The notes under the pieces are model-generated. The model was not told the origin of the DNA, ran no database searches, and saw nothing but the letters and a program-made list of their open reading frames with translations. A DNA stretch of 64,000 bases from a virus. Shown here piece after piece: positions 26,806-37,511 of the stretch. The position numbers and the translations under genes are program-made. Every line of letters starts with the position of its first letter. Position 1 is the first letter of the stretch. Location of the stretch: the IMG/VR virus record IMGVR_UViG_3300031215_000009, positions 17,442 through 81,441 of that record. One strand, given 5' to 3'.

Positions 26806-27854
26806 GTAAGGTTTTCGTGTGGTCTGACACTCATTTAGGTGCAAGGTCAAACTCAACAGAGTGGATGGATATAATGGAAGAAGCACATTTCAAATTCATT
26901 ATTCCAACAATAAAAAAACATTTCAAAAAAGGAGACATCATCGTAAATTGCGGTGATGTTTTTGACAATAGAACCTCCGTTAACATTAAATCATTAGACT
27001 TAGGAATAAGGATTTATGAAGAATTAGGTAAAATTGGACCAGTTCACATCATTGCAGGGAATCATGACCTCTATTATAAAACTAATACAGAAGTAACCAG
27101 TTTAGATTCGTTGAAATACATTCCAAATGTAACTGTACACAAAGATGTAAATGTAATAGAACATGACAATCAAAAAATATTAATGATGCCTTGGAGGCGA
27201 GATATTAAAGAAGAAGCAGAAACCTTACAAGATTATCAAATTAATAACAATTGTGACTATGCATTTATGCATGGTACTTTTTCGTTAATCAAATACAACA
27301 AATATGTGAACATACACGAAGACGAAGGAGCTAATCCAAAAAGTGCTGATGGTTACAAAAGAGTTTACACAGGACATATTCATTGGTCACAACAAAAAGG
27401 AAATATCAATGTTGTAGGTACACCTTATCAAATCACTAGAGGAGACTCAGGGAACAATAAAGGGATGTTTATATTAGACCTTGCCACAGGTAAAGATACG
27501 TTCTATGAGAACACTATATCACCTAAATTTATACAGTTTACAATAAATAATATAGATAAAGACCAACTAATGGAAATACACGCATTAAGTAAAAACAACT
27601 TTGTTGATATTAACATTAAAGAAAAGTTATTATCATCAAGTTCATCTAAACTTACAAAAGTATTTCATAAGATTGGAGAACAAACTAGAGTATTAAATAT
27701 TTTCCCAATTGAAGAAGATTATGGGGAAATAGACGAAGACTCATCTACATTAGATGCAAAAGAACTTATTAATAAAGAAATTAACAATAGGTTTCAGGGT
27801 GAAGATAACAAAAAAGCAAGAAAGATTTTTGAAGACTTGTTTAAAGGAATATAA
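26802..27854 (+). CDS. gp47: Mre11/SbcD-like recombination nuclease
   Basis: SDTHLG, GDVFD, GNHD, MHG, GHIH metallophosphoesterase motifs. Confidence 0.93.
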   Translation: MSKVFVWSDTHLGARSNSTEWMDIMEEAHFKFIIPTIKKHFKKGDIIVNCGDVFDNRTSVNIKSLDLGIRIYEELGKIGPVHIIAGNHDLYYKTNTEVTSLDSLKYIPNVTVHKDVNVIEHDNQKILMMPWRRDIKEEAETLQDYQINNNCDYAFMHGTFSLIKYNKYVNIHEDEGANPKSADGYKRVYTGHIHWSQQKGNINVVGTPYQITRGDSGNNKGMFILDLATGKDTFYENTISPKFIQFTINNIDKDQLMEIHALSKNNFVDINIKEKLLSSSSSKLTKVFHKIGEQTRVLNIFPIEEDYGEIDEDSSTLDAKELINKEINNRFQGEDNKKARKIFEDLFKGI

Positions 27855-27859
27855 CAATT

Positions 27860-29518
27860 ATGAAATTACTTAAATTAGAATATAAAAACTTTAATTCATA
27901 CGGGAACAAAGTAACTCGAGTTGAATTTAATGATAAAGGTGAAATGATAATGCTTATCGGTCAATCTGGCCATGGTAAATCTACAATTAGAGAAGTTATT
28001 TCATATTTGATTTATGGTAAAGTTCAAGAAAAGAAACTTGGGGATCTCCCCAACAGAGTTAACAAATCTCTTTGGGGAAAAATCACTTTAGGGGCAAAGG
28101 GTTCAATTATAACTATTGAACGTGGTATTGCACCAAAAGTGTTTAATGTATGGATTGACAATGTAGAACAAGAAGTTGCTGGAAATAGTAACATACAGGG
28201 TATAATCGAAGATGATTATATGAAAATTCCACAATCTACATTTGACAATGTTATATCAATTTCTGTTGATAAATTCAAGTCATTCTTGACAATGAAACCA
28301 TCAGACAAAAGAAAAATCTTAGACCAAATCTTTGGTATAATATTCTTTAATAAAATTCACGATTCTTTAAAAGAAAATGTTAAACAATTCAACATTGAAA
28401 TAAAAAACTTAGATGGACAAGCAAGAGTATTACTTGACAATAAGAAATCAATTCAAGATAAGTTGGAAAAGATTGACAAAGATAAATCAAAAGATATTAC
28501 AGATAAATTAGAAGAGGTTGTTTCACAAATAGAAGAATTAAGTACATCTTTAACAGATTTAAACAATAAGTCTGAATTAGTATCTGAAAAGTCTAATTTA
28601 GCCTTTGAAAAAATGACAAAATTGACAAAGACTAAAAATGATTATGCATATAAAATAAAGGATTGTACAGAAAAACTAAAACTTTATGATAATGAAGAAT
28701 GTCCAACTTGTGGATCAGATTTAACCGGGGAAATACATAAGAAATATCAAGAAAAGGTAAAAGAAGATAAGATTGCATTTGAAGCTGAGATTGAAACGAC
28801 TAAAGATGCAATAACTAAAGTAAAACTAGTTACAATCTTGATTGACAATAAGAAACGAGAATTAAATGATTCTATTTTTGACATTAGATTAGGATTAGAT
28901 AAATTACACACAACACAAAACACTTTATTAAAACCTAAAGAAGAAAAAAGTGAATTTGATTCTGTATTACAGAACACTATTAAAAAAATTGATGAAATTC
29001 TATTAAACATAGAAGAAAATAAAAAGAATGAATTTTTATACACTGAATTAGGTAAAATATTTGGTGATGATGGGGTTAAGTTACAAATTACAAGAAACTT
29101 TTTACCAAGTTTTAACAAGTCTATCAATGAGATTAGTAAGAAATTACATTTCCCATATAAAATTGAAATAGATGAAAAGTTTAATAGTAAGTTGTTATAT
29201 ATTGGGGAAGAAATTAATACAAAGACATTAAGTACAGGGGAACGTAAAAAAGCAGATTTTGCTGTGTTAATTTCTTTGATTCATATTATGAAAAGAAACT
29301 ATCCAAATATCAATTTATTATTCTTAGATGAAATATTAGCGTCACTTGATGCTAATTCTATACACGAAGTATTGTCATTGATAAGAACAATTGTAGATGA
29401 ATTGGATTTGAATGTATTTGTTATTAATCATTCAACTCTACCCAAGGAAATGTTTGATTCAGTTTATTCTGTAAATAAAGTAGCAGGATTTAGTGAATTA
29501 GAGATAAATCCTTGTTAG
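27860..29518 (+). CDS. gp46: Rad50/SbcC-like ATPase
   Basis: GQSGHGKST, CPTC zinc hook, LSTGE, LFLDE. Confidence 0.93.
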   Translation: MKLLKLEYKNFNSYGNKVTRVEFNDKGEMIMLIGQSGHGKSTIREVISYLIYGKVQEKKLGDLPNRVNKSLWGKITLGAKGSIITIERGIAPKVFNVWIDNVEQEVAGNSNIQGIIEDDYMKIPQSTFDNVISISVDKFKSFLTMKPSDKRKILDQIFGIIFFNKIHDSLKENVKQFNIEIKNLDGQARVLLDNKKSIQDKLEKIDKDKSKDITDKLEEVVSQIEELSTSLTDLNNKSELVSEKSNLAFEKMTKLTKTKNDYAYKIKDCTEKLKLYDNEECPTCGSDLTGEIHKKYQEKVKEDKIAFEAEIETTKDAITKVKLVTILIDNKKRELNDSIFDIRLGLDKLHTTQNTLLKPKEEKSEFDSVLQNTIKKIDEILLNIEENKKNEFLYTELGKIFGDDGVKLQITRNFLPSFNKSINEISKKLHFPYKIEIDEKFNSKLLYIGEEINTKTLSTGERKKADFAVLISLIHIMKRNYPNINLLFLDEILASLDANSIHEVLSLIRTIVDELDLNVFVINHSTLPKEMFDSVYSVNKVAGFSELEINPC

Positions 29519-29529
29519 TTAAATAGACT

Positions 29530-30330
29530 ATGAGCGAAACTTATAACAATTATCAAAACAAGGATGATGTATTATTCCGTAATTTGATAATCGGAACATT
29601 AAATGCAATTGATGATAGAATATTCTGGAATAATGTTATTGATAACAAAAAGACCAAAGTAGAAGTACCAGTAAATTTTACTGTTGCTGGATCAGAAAGG
29701 TTTATGAGTGATATATTTCTAAATTCAGATGAATTAAAATCAGAAGGAAAAGCAACAGGTCTTTATGAAAAGTTTCCAAGAGCGACATTGAGTTTGCAAG
29801 GTATAGGATTACAAGAAGAATATTTAGCGAATAAGTTCAAACGAGCAAATTTCATTAAACAAGAAGGTAATGAAGTCAGAGAATTCAATGCAGAATTTAT
29901 GGAAGCCCCTTTTAAAATGGACTTTGAAATTACTATTCACGTAGATTCCATAGTAGATATTTTTAAATGTATAAATTCGATATTTTCAAACATGTATAAA
30001 AATGTATATTTCTATGTCGATGTGTTTAGTGTGAAGGTACCATGTTATTTTGCAATCCCACCAGATATAAATAAGGAAAGGTTAGTTAACTTTGGTCTAT
30101 CGGATAAAAAAGAAATAAAAATAACATTTCCAATAGAAGTACAAGCAAGTTATCCATTATTCAAAGATAAAACAGAAATTTTTGCAGGAAATAGAATGGA
30201 GAATATAATTGCTAATATTTATACAATTTCCGAAAAACCTAAAGATACTGATTCTGCAGGTCGAAATATCGTAGTTACAAAAGATGTGTGGCCAACTGGA
30301 AATAATTCTGGTTCAACCTACAATGATTAA
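29530..30330 (+). CDS. gp15: tail sheath stabilizer/completion protein (gp15-like)
   Basis: FRNLII..VEVPVNF..FPRATL..APFKMDFEI pattern; late promoter. Confidence 0.65.
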   Translation: MSETYNNYQNKDDVLFRNLIIGTLNAIDDRIFWNNVIDNKKTKVEVPVNFTVAGSERFMSDIFLNSDELKSEGKATGLYEKFPRATLSLQGIGLQEEYLANKFKRANFIKQEGNEVREFNAEFMEAPFKMDFEITIHVDSIVDIFKCINSIFSNMYKNVYFYVDVFSVKVPCYFAIPPDINKERLVNFGLSDKKEIKITFPIEVQASYPLFKDKTEIFAGNRMENIIANIYTISEKPKDTDSAGRNIVVTKDVWPTGNNSGSTYND

Positions 30331-30362
30331 ATAAGTAAATAAGAAAAATAAAATACAATAAA

Positions 30363-31904
30363 ATGAGAATTAACGTTATTGAAAAATTAGGACTATATGA
30401 AAAACTAAAAGGGTTATCTGCAAGTCTTAACGAACACGAAGTATCTCAAACGATTTGCAACAAAGCAATACACGATTTGAAAAGTGGGTTTACCGCAAGT
30501 AAATTTAACTTATACTTAGAACAATTAAAAGAATATGATTGGATTACAGATGTTGAAAGTTTCCTTGAATCAGTTGACACATTTATAAACGAAAACAAAT
30601 ACGGGTTAGAACTTGAAAGAATAATGAACAAATTGGATGGTATTAACACATACGTACCAGTTGTTGAATCAATCAAAAGTTTAGTAGCTCTTGAAGAATC
30701 AGAAATTAAAAACAGTCTTCCATCATTATCAAAATTCAAATTCGAACCAAATGTTAAGAGATTAATAGAAGGTTTCGAAAGAGAAGAGTTTAATGTACAA
30801 ACTACGGCAAAAGCAGAAATTACAAGTTCACCTGTGTCACCTGTTATGCAATTAGAAGAAGGATTTGTATTCACTTCTAAAAGCGGTAACTATATGGTAG
30901 CAAATGACCTTACTAAAGTTGAAAAATTTACAGGTAAAGTTAGTGCTGAATTTGCAAAAGCAAACCAAGCTTTGAATATGTTTACTTACAAAGGTAACAA
31001 CACATTTGAAGCAGTATTACCAAAAGCAACGTTTAAGATTGTTACAAGTGAAAAAGGTAATACAATGACTATCAATGAAAGTGTAATTGAAAACAAAGAA
31101 CAATTATCTAAAGTATTGAAAAACGCAGGATTTATTGATTATACTAATACTAAAGTGAGATCACTTGTTGAATTCATGTATGAAAAAGCAAACGATTTTA
31201 TAGAAATTGATTTTGTTAAATCGGTTGAAACTATCAAAGAAAACTTTGAAGTATTCAAAATGGCAAACAATGAAGTATCTATTTCTAAATTCGATAAAGT
31301 TTCAAGAGGGTTTGTATTAGAATCATTAGACATTGAAGATGTTGAAGAGTTAAGTGAATCATTAAAGAAAAATTATGATTTAGATTTCAATCATGTTCTT
31401 GAAGGATTACACATCAATGTTGATTCTTTAGAGTTTAAAGGATTAGTAGAAGGAATTGATATAACTAAACTTGTTGATATGACTAAAACTGATGAAATTT
31501 ACGCTAAGATTGACGAAGCAGTTGCAAAGTACAACGAATTAAATGTTGAAAATAGAGCAAATGTTGAAGCTGAATTCAAAACTTTATCAGAAATGGAAGA
31601 CACATTAAAGAGTGATGAAGTTCAATTTATCGTTGAAACAAAGAAAGTCTTAGTTGAAAAACTAGATGAAGGTGAGGAGTTAGAGAAGTCTATCGCTATG
31701 TTAAACGAAGAATTAACTACTTTGTTAATAGAAAAGAAAAAGGTTTCCCCAAAGGAAGCAAAAAAAAGATTAGAAGAAATTAGAAAATCTTTAAAAGCGG
31801 AAAACATTAGTTATGGTGAAATTGCAGAACTTGAAGCACTTTCAGCATATATTGAAGATGATGATATAGAACTTAGACAAGCAGCTGGATTACCAGAAAA
31901 TTAG
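30363..31904 (+). CDS. putative head core/structural protein
   Basis: Glu-rich, many L/I-x-E motifs, late promoter. Confidence 0.55.
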   Translation: MRINVIEKLGLYEKLKGLSASLNEHEVSQTICNKAIHDLKSGFTASKFNLYLEQLKEYDWITDVESFLESVDTFINENKYGLELERIMNKLDGINTYVPVVESIKSLVALEESEIKNSLPSLSKFKFEPNVKRLIEGFEREEFNVQTTAKAEITSSPVSPVMQLEEGFVFTSKSGNYMVANDLTKVEKFTGKVSAEFAKANQALNMFTYKGNNTFEAVLPKATFKIVTSEKGNTMTINESVIENKEQLSKVLKNAGFIDYTNTKVRSLVEFMYEKANDFIEIDFVKSVETIKENFEVFKMANNEVSISKFDKVSRGFVLESLDIEDVEELSESLKKNYDLDFNHVLEGLHINVDSLEFKGLVEGIDITKLVDMTKTDEIYAKIDEAVAKYNELNVENRANVEAEFKTLSEMEDTLKSDEVQFIVETKKVLVEKLDEGEELEKSIAMLNEELTTLLIEKKKVSPKEAKKRLEEIRKSLKAENISYGEIAELEALSAYIEDDDIELRQAAGLPEN

Positions 31905-31994
31905 TATAAATAAAATAAATTACATAAAAAACGTATTTAATATATACATAAAGGGGAAACAATTATGTTTCCCCTTTTTAAATTTAAGAAATAT

Positions 31995-32741
31995 ATGTCA
32001 AAAACTAAAAATTATCTAAATAAAAAAGATTTGTTAGAAGAAATCTACAAATCAAGAGCACAAGACGAACTTACAACAAAATGTGTAGAAATGTTAATGT
32101 TACTTGCAAAAAAGACTATTCGAAAACTTTATTACAAATGTGAAGATGATAAAGAACATGCACTATCAGAAGCATATTACGATTTGGCAAAGAATTGGCG
32201 AGGATTTGATCCAGATTACGCAAAGTTTCATGGTTATGCAGATTTAAAACCAGGTGATGAAATTAGAGTTTATCCAGAAAAAGGTTCAGATAGGACAGCA
32301 GCCGCAATTGTAGTAGAAAACTATCCAGTAGAAACTCTTATAGAAGAAGAAAAAAAACGTTTAGTTAGTTTAGGTAAAAGAGAAATAACATTTGAACATA
32401 TTAAAGAAGATGAAATTGTTATTTTTAGATTCTTAAAAAAAGGGGTTAGAAAATCTAAATCTAATCCAGAAGAAGATTATACAACATCAATGGTAGATGT
32501 TACAGGTTCAGATACTATCAAATTAAATTATATCGTTAAGAAAAACCTTAGAGATATTGATATATTTGAAAAAGAACAAATAATTATCAAAGACCCAAAT
32601 CCATTTTCCTTTTTTACATCAGCATGTATCAATGGTTATGCAAAAGGATGGAAAAGATTATATCCAAAGAAATCGAAAGGATTGTTACTTAGTATAGATT
32701 CTGGATATAATACAGACGGCGATGGTATGCATTCAATATAA
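31995..32741 (+). CDS. gp55: late-transcription sigma factor (gp55-like) with about 125-aa insertion
   Basis: NYLNKKDLL..MLLAKK..NWRGFDPD [insert] NPFSFFTSAC. Confidence 0.75.
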   Translation: MSKTKNYLNKKDLLEEIYKSRAQDELTTKCVEMLMLLAKKTIRKLYYKCEDDKEHALSEAYYDLAKNWRGFDPDYAKFHGYADLKPGDEIRVYPEKGSDRTAAAIVVENYPVETLIEEEKKRLVSLGKREITFEHIKEDEIVIFRFLKKGVRKSKSNPEEDYTTSMVDVTGSDTIKLNYIVKKNLRDIDIFEKEQIIIKDPNPFSFFTSACINGYAKGWKRLYPKKSKGLLLSIDSGYNTDGDGMHSI

Positions 32742-32815
32742 TATCCCATCAAATTAATTTAAACCTTAAACCTCTATCATTTGATAGGGGTTTTTTTGTG
32801 TCTATTAAATAATAT

Positions 32816-33295
32816 ATGAATATTAAGAACTTGAAACCAACAATGAATGGAAGAACAAAACAAGGATATTTTAACATATCTGAATCCGTTAAATATATTG
32901 GAGCAGTAAAGAAAGTAATTTATAGGTCCTCGTGGGAACAACGTTTTTGTATTTGGTGTGAAAGAAGTCCAGTAGTAGAAAAATGGTCTTCAGAATCAAT
33001 AGTAGTGAAATATCATTGTCCAATAGACAATAGAGTTAAGAATTACTATCCAGACTTTTTAGTTAAAATGTCAGATGGTAAAACTTGGTTAGTTGAAGTA
33101 AAGCCCGCACAGGAATATAAAAATCCACCATCAAAACCTAAAAGAAAAACAAAGAAATCATTGAAAACTTATGAATATCTGATGAAAAATTATATAGTAA
33201 ATACCTCGAAGTTTAAGTCTGCAATTGCATTTTGTGATTCAAAGGGGTGGACTTTCTTTGTTGCAGATGAAAATTGGTTCAAAACTAAGAAATGA
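32816..33295 (+). CDS. gp4: head completion nuclease
   Basis: YRSSWE..WSSE..YYPDF..VEVKP. Confidence 0.88.
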   Translation: MNIKNLKPTMNGRTKQGYFNISESVKYIGAVKKVIYRSSWEQRFCIWCERSPVVEKWSSESIVVKYHCPIDNRVKNYYPDFLVKMSDGKTWLVEVKPAQEYKNPPSKPKRKTKKSLKTYEYLMKNYIVNTSKFKSAIAFCDSKGWTFFVADENWFKTKK

Positions 33296-33900
33296 TACTA
33301 AAAGAAATAAATCAAGAAGTTAGGTCTAAGGGAGTTAAAATTGCAGAAAAAGAAGCTGATAATTGGTTATCATCTGCAAAAAATAACCCAAGAGACTCAA
33401 CTGTTGTGTTTTGTGAAAATCAAATGATGCAAGTTGGTAAAATAAACCAATTTAGTTATAATCCCAAAGGTAAAGACACTTTAGATTATTATGACAAAAA
33501 ACCTTTAGTTCTTAGTTTAGGTGTTGTGCATAAGAAAAAAATGAGATATGAATTAGGAATAAACTTAAATTTTATTCCCGCTCCATATAAATGGTTCATA
33601 TTAGATAAAGTTCAAAGAACATATAGTGGTTTCTTTAATAGACAAAAAGATGGTAGAGCATCAAACGATGCATTAAAACAACCACAAATAATGTACAAAT
33701 ATAGAGCAATAAAGGCAATGTTATCTCAATATGGATTTGAATTTGCAATTAGAATGTACATCCCAAGTAGAAAATCAAGAGTTTATTGTATTAATTATAA
33801 TAGTTGGGTAAACGCCTCCTTTTTAAAGAAAGAAAACTTTTCTGGTATCACATATAGTGAAATGATAAAAGAGTTTCAAAAAGCGAAAAATTCGAGGTAG
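33292..33900 (+). CDS. gp2: DNA end protector protein
   Basis: YNPKGKDTLDYYDKKPLV..GINLNFIP. Confidence 0.8.
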   Translation: MILKEINQEVRSKGVKIAEKEADNWLSSAKNNPRDSTVVFCENQMMQVGKINQFSYNPKGKDTLDYYDKKPLVLSLGVVHKKKMRYELGINLNFIPAPYKWFILDKVQRTYSGFFNRQKDGRASNDALKQPQIMYKYRAIKAMLSQYGFEFAIRMYIPSRKSRVYCINYNSWVNASFLKKENFSGITYSEMIKEFQKAKNSR

Positions 33901-33931
33901 TTAAATAATATAATAAAAAGATAATTAAAAT

Positions 33932-35542
33932 ATGGCATCTATATTCAATAGAAGTGGGGCAAATAGCAATAATCCCAATGTAAATAATAAATCATTCAGA
34001 AACACTTCTTTAAGAAAGTTATCTGGAAGAGGATATGATTTCAAGGATAGTGTAATATCAAATTCAGAAGCAATTGGTTCTATTGAGAATCAAATTGGTT
34101 GGGAAGATAACAATAACCTGTTACGTTATGGTTATGACACTAATAATATGGATCAATTATATGATTTTTCATATTCTGATGTATATTCAAAGAAAAACAT
34201 TCCCTTTTTTGACCAAAACTATCCTGAAAAGATAAAACAACTTAGAAGTTATGCATTACAAGATGAAATTGAAATGATTCTCGATACATTGACAGATGAA
34301 GTAGTTGTTTACAATACAGATAGATATTTTGCAGATATTTCTTGGGAATCAGACCCAAATATGAAAGACGAGTTTTCTCAAATCATAAAAGAAAACTTAA
34401 ATGATAATTTCAAAAAGATATATAATCTATTTGGATTTAAAAATGAGAACACAGCTTGGCACTTTGTAAAGAAGTTTTTAGTTGATGGTTATTTATCATA
34501 CGAAATCATTTGGGATAATTCAAAAACAAACATTATTGGTTTCAAAGAATTAGATCCAGTTTCATTAACACCAAAAATTTATGAAGATGGTACTCGTGGA
34601 TGGGTTCAATATCCAATGGACCAAGTTAAGAAACGTGAATTAACGGACGCCCAGGTTATTTTCTTATCTTATTCAGCAATCAACAACGAAAATAGAGTAT
34701 CGTACACTGAGAGACTTGTAAGGTCGTTTAATCTATTGAGAATCATGGAACAAACAAGAATTATTTGGTCTGTTGTGAATAGTTCATACAAAACTAAATT
34801 TATTATTCCAGTTGGTGGAAAGTCTAAACAAATGGCAAAACAAACATTAGGTTCATTAATGCAGTCTTATAGAGAGAATGTAGATTTTGATAATGAATCA
34901 GGAGAATTAAAAATCAATGGTAAATCAATGATGCCTTTCTCTAAAGAATATTGGATCCCAGAAGGGGAACAAGGAACACCATCAATTGAAAATATTGGGA
35001 ATGATGGACCAGATTTATCAGATACAGACAAATTAAAATATTTTGTTGATAAATTAATTCAAGTTTCTAAAATTCCAAGAAATAGATTTATGAAAGAAGA
35101 ATCTCCAAGATGGGAATCTTCAGCTGAAGGATATACAAGAGAAGAAATATATTTCAGTAGGTTTATTGACAGATTAAGAGGTAAAATTCAAGAAGTTTTA
35201 TTAAGACCTGTAATTTTACAAACTAAAAGAGATATTAAAGAATTAGCAGAGGATCCGATGTTTGATTCAAAAGTTAATCTAAACTGGACAAGATATGATG
35301 TTTTTGAAAAAATAAAGGAAACTGAATTACTACAAAGAGAATTAGATTTAATTAGTTCAGCAAAAGACTCATTAATTGACTATGATGCAGAAGGTAACGA
35401 AATTAGATTTTTTGCATCCGAGTTTTTAGTGCGAAAATACTTGACATCATTGACAGAAACTGATTTAAAGTTGAACAGAAAACTGAAAGCACAAGAAGAT
35501 AAAGCTATGAAAGATAACCTACCAGATGAACAAGAATTTTAA
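33932..35542 (+). CDS. gp20: portal protein
   Basis: FLVDG, ELDP, FNLLRIMEQTRIIW, EYWIP, KIPRNR, TREEIYFSRFIDRLR. Confidence 0.92.
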   Translation: MASIFNRSGANSNNPNVNNKSFRNTSLRKLSGRGYDFKDSVISNSEAIGSIENQIGWEDNNNLLRYGYDTNNMDQLYDFSYSDVYSKKNIPFFDQNYPEKIKQLRSYALQDEIEMILDTLTDEVVVYNTDRYFADISWESDPNMKDEFSQIIKENLNDNFKKIYNLFGFKNENTAWHFVKKFLVDGYLSYEIIWDNSKTNIIGFKELDPVSLTPKIYEDGTRGWVQYPMDQVKKRELTDAQVIFLSYSAINNENRVSYTERLVRSFNLLRIMEQTRIIWSVVNSSYKTKFIIPVGGKSKQMAKQTLGSLMQSYRENVDFDNESGELKINGKSMMPFSKEYWIPEGEQGTPSIENIGNDGPDLSDTDKLKYFVDKLIQVSKIPRNRFMKEESPRWESSAEGYTREEIYFSRFIDRLRGKIQEVLLRPVILQTKRDIKELAEDPMFDSKVNLNWTRYDVFEKIKETELLQRELDLISSAKDSLIDYDAEGNEIRFFASEFLVRKYLTSLTETDLKLNRKLKAQEDKAMKDNLPDEQEF

Positions 35543-35597
35543 GGTTAAATTCAAAAGGATTAAATATTATAAATTAAGACAAAATTAATTAATACAA

Positions 35598-37478
35598 ATG
35601 AAAGATTATTTATTAATAGAAAAATCAAAGTTTAAAGTAAAATCTACAGACGAAAGTGATAAATATACTTTAGAAGGTGTTTTTACAGAATTCGATAATG
35701 AAAATAGAAATGGTAGAATTTATACCAGAAAAGAATTTCAACCACATTTTGATGTCTTGAAAAAGACAGTATTAGAAGGGACTTCTGTTGGGGAATTGGA
35801 TCATCCAAAACAATTTGAAACAACATTGAAAAATGTTTCACATAAGATTGAAGATATTTGGATAGACGAATCAACTAACTGTGTAATGGGGAAAATTAAG
35901 TTACTAAACACAGAAGCAGGAAAAAATGCAAAAGCATTAGTTGATGCTGGTGTTCCTTTACATATTTCTTCAAGAGCAGCTGGAACTGTTACAGAAAACA
36001 AATCTGTTAAAATTCATAAACTTTTTACTTATGATTTAGTAGATACTCCAGGTTTCGCAAATGCCCGTTTGAATAGTTTAACAGAATCTTTTGGGTTCTT
36101 AAATGAAAACGAAGAACTTGATGAATTTAGTAATTTTGCTATATATGAAGTTCAAAAGCAAATCAAAGCGGATATGGTTGAGTTAAATAATAAAAATAAA
36201 GAAACTAAACCAATGGACAAAATCGAATACCTTAAAGAAAACGAATTCAACAAATACACAGAAGAACAGTCTAAAGCAACTAAAAAAGCTATTAATTCTG
36301 TTAAATCTGAAATTGCTGAAATGAAAGAAATTCAAGAAAGTATAATTGAACAAAATGATTCAATTGTTGATGAATATAGTAATGCAGATTTCAAAAAGAA
36401 AATTGCAGATTTAGAAGAAAAATTAGTTGCAATCGACAAATGGTCTGAGCACGTTAAAGACGAATTTAATGGTCTTAAAGAAGCTAATGATGGTGGAAAA
36501 CTTGGTAAAGAAGATGAAACTATCGAATATCACGTAGGGGATGAAGTAGAAGGAAAAATTGTTAGAGCAATCGAAAAAACAGATGATGGTAAAACAACAA
36601 TCTATTTTGAAGGTGAAGACGAACCAATGATTATGGAAGCACAAGCAGAACTTGCTAAAGCAGACCCATTACAAGTTGGTGCAAAATATAAAGGTGGTGT
36701 TATTACACAAGTAGAAGTTCAAGATGATGGAAGTACTAAAGTATATCTTGATTCAACTGATGAACCTATTATTGTAGGTAAAACTAAAGTTGATAATTTA
36801 ATTGACGATACTACAATGCAAGAAAAGTACGATGCTCTTGAAGCAAAGTTTGAAGCAATGATTAAGTGGTCAGAAGAAGTAACAGAAACTGTTACAGCAT
36901 TAGAAAAATGGTCAGATCATTCAACTGACACTGTTTCAGCAATGGAAAAGTGGACAGACCACGTTACAGAAAGTGTTACAACTATTGAAAAATGGTCAGA
37001 ACATGTAACAGAATCAGTAACTCTTTTAGAAGAAAGTGCTGTAAATAAAAGTGATATAAACGCTGAAAAAATTAACGAAAATAAAATTTCCGATTTTAAA
37101 GCGAGTATATATAATAAGTTAGAGAGTATTTTAGAAAATGCTAAGGAGCAAAAAGCAACAGACAAAACACCTCTAAACGAATCTAAATCTGATTTAGAAA
37201 AGAAAAACGAGTCTCCATTATGGTTACAAATGATTCCAACTAAATACAAGGAAACTTGGGAAGGATTAGAAGAAAGCGAAAAAGTTAGAATCTCAAAGAG
37301 AGCTGATTTATTCGATTTCAAAACAGAATCAGTAATTAAATCTTTTTGGAACAACGAGTTGACTAAAGAGAATGTAATTAAAGAGGAAAAAGTTGAAATT
37401 ACTCCTGAAGCTAAACAAACTATGCTTAACGAAAGAAGAGCAGCCGCAGTTAAAGGTTATAGAGCAAATTTCGGTTAA
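35598..37478 (+). CDS. gp21: prohead protease fused to scaffold-like region
   Basis: NRNGRIY, GELDHP, ISSRAAG, YDLVDTPG; C-terminal coiled coil with EKWSEHVTESV repeats. Confidence 0.9.
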   Translation: MKDYLLIEKSKFKVKSTDESDKYTLEGVFTEFDNENRNGRIYTRKEFQPHFDVLKKTVLEGTSVGELDHPKQFETTLKNVSHKIEDIWIDESTNCVMGKIKLLNTEAGKNAKALVDAGVPLHISSRAAGTVTENKSVKIHKLFTYDLVDTPGFANARLNSLTESFGFLNENEELDEFSNFAIYEVQKQIKADMVELNNKNKETKPMDKIEYLKENEFNKYTEEQSKATKKAINSVKSEIAEMKEIQESIIEQNDSIVDEYSNADFKKKIADLEEKLVAIDKWSEHVKDEFNGLKEANDGGKLGKEDETIEYHVGDEVEGKIVRAIEKTDDGKTTIYFEGEDEPMIMEAQAELAKADPLQVGAKYKGGVITQVEVQDDGSTKVYLDSTDEPIIVGKTKVDNLIDDTTMQEKYDALEAKFEAMIKWSEEVTETVTALEKWSDHSTDTVSAMEKWTDHVTESVTTIEKWSEHVTESVTLLEESAVNKSDINAEKINENKISDFKASIYNKLESILENAKEQKATDKTPLNESKSDLEKKNESPLWLQMIPTKYKETWEGLEESEKVRISKRADLFDFKTESVIKSFWNNELTKENVIKEEKVEITPEAKQTMLNERRAAAVKGYRANFG

Positions 37479-37511
37479 AATTAAGAAAATTAAAAAAAAT
37501 AAGTTGTTAAA

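Noticed and set aside
31965-31994. Upstream ATG for gp55
   Set aside because: Lies in a terminator-like hairpin; homology starts at MSKTKNYLN (31995)
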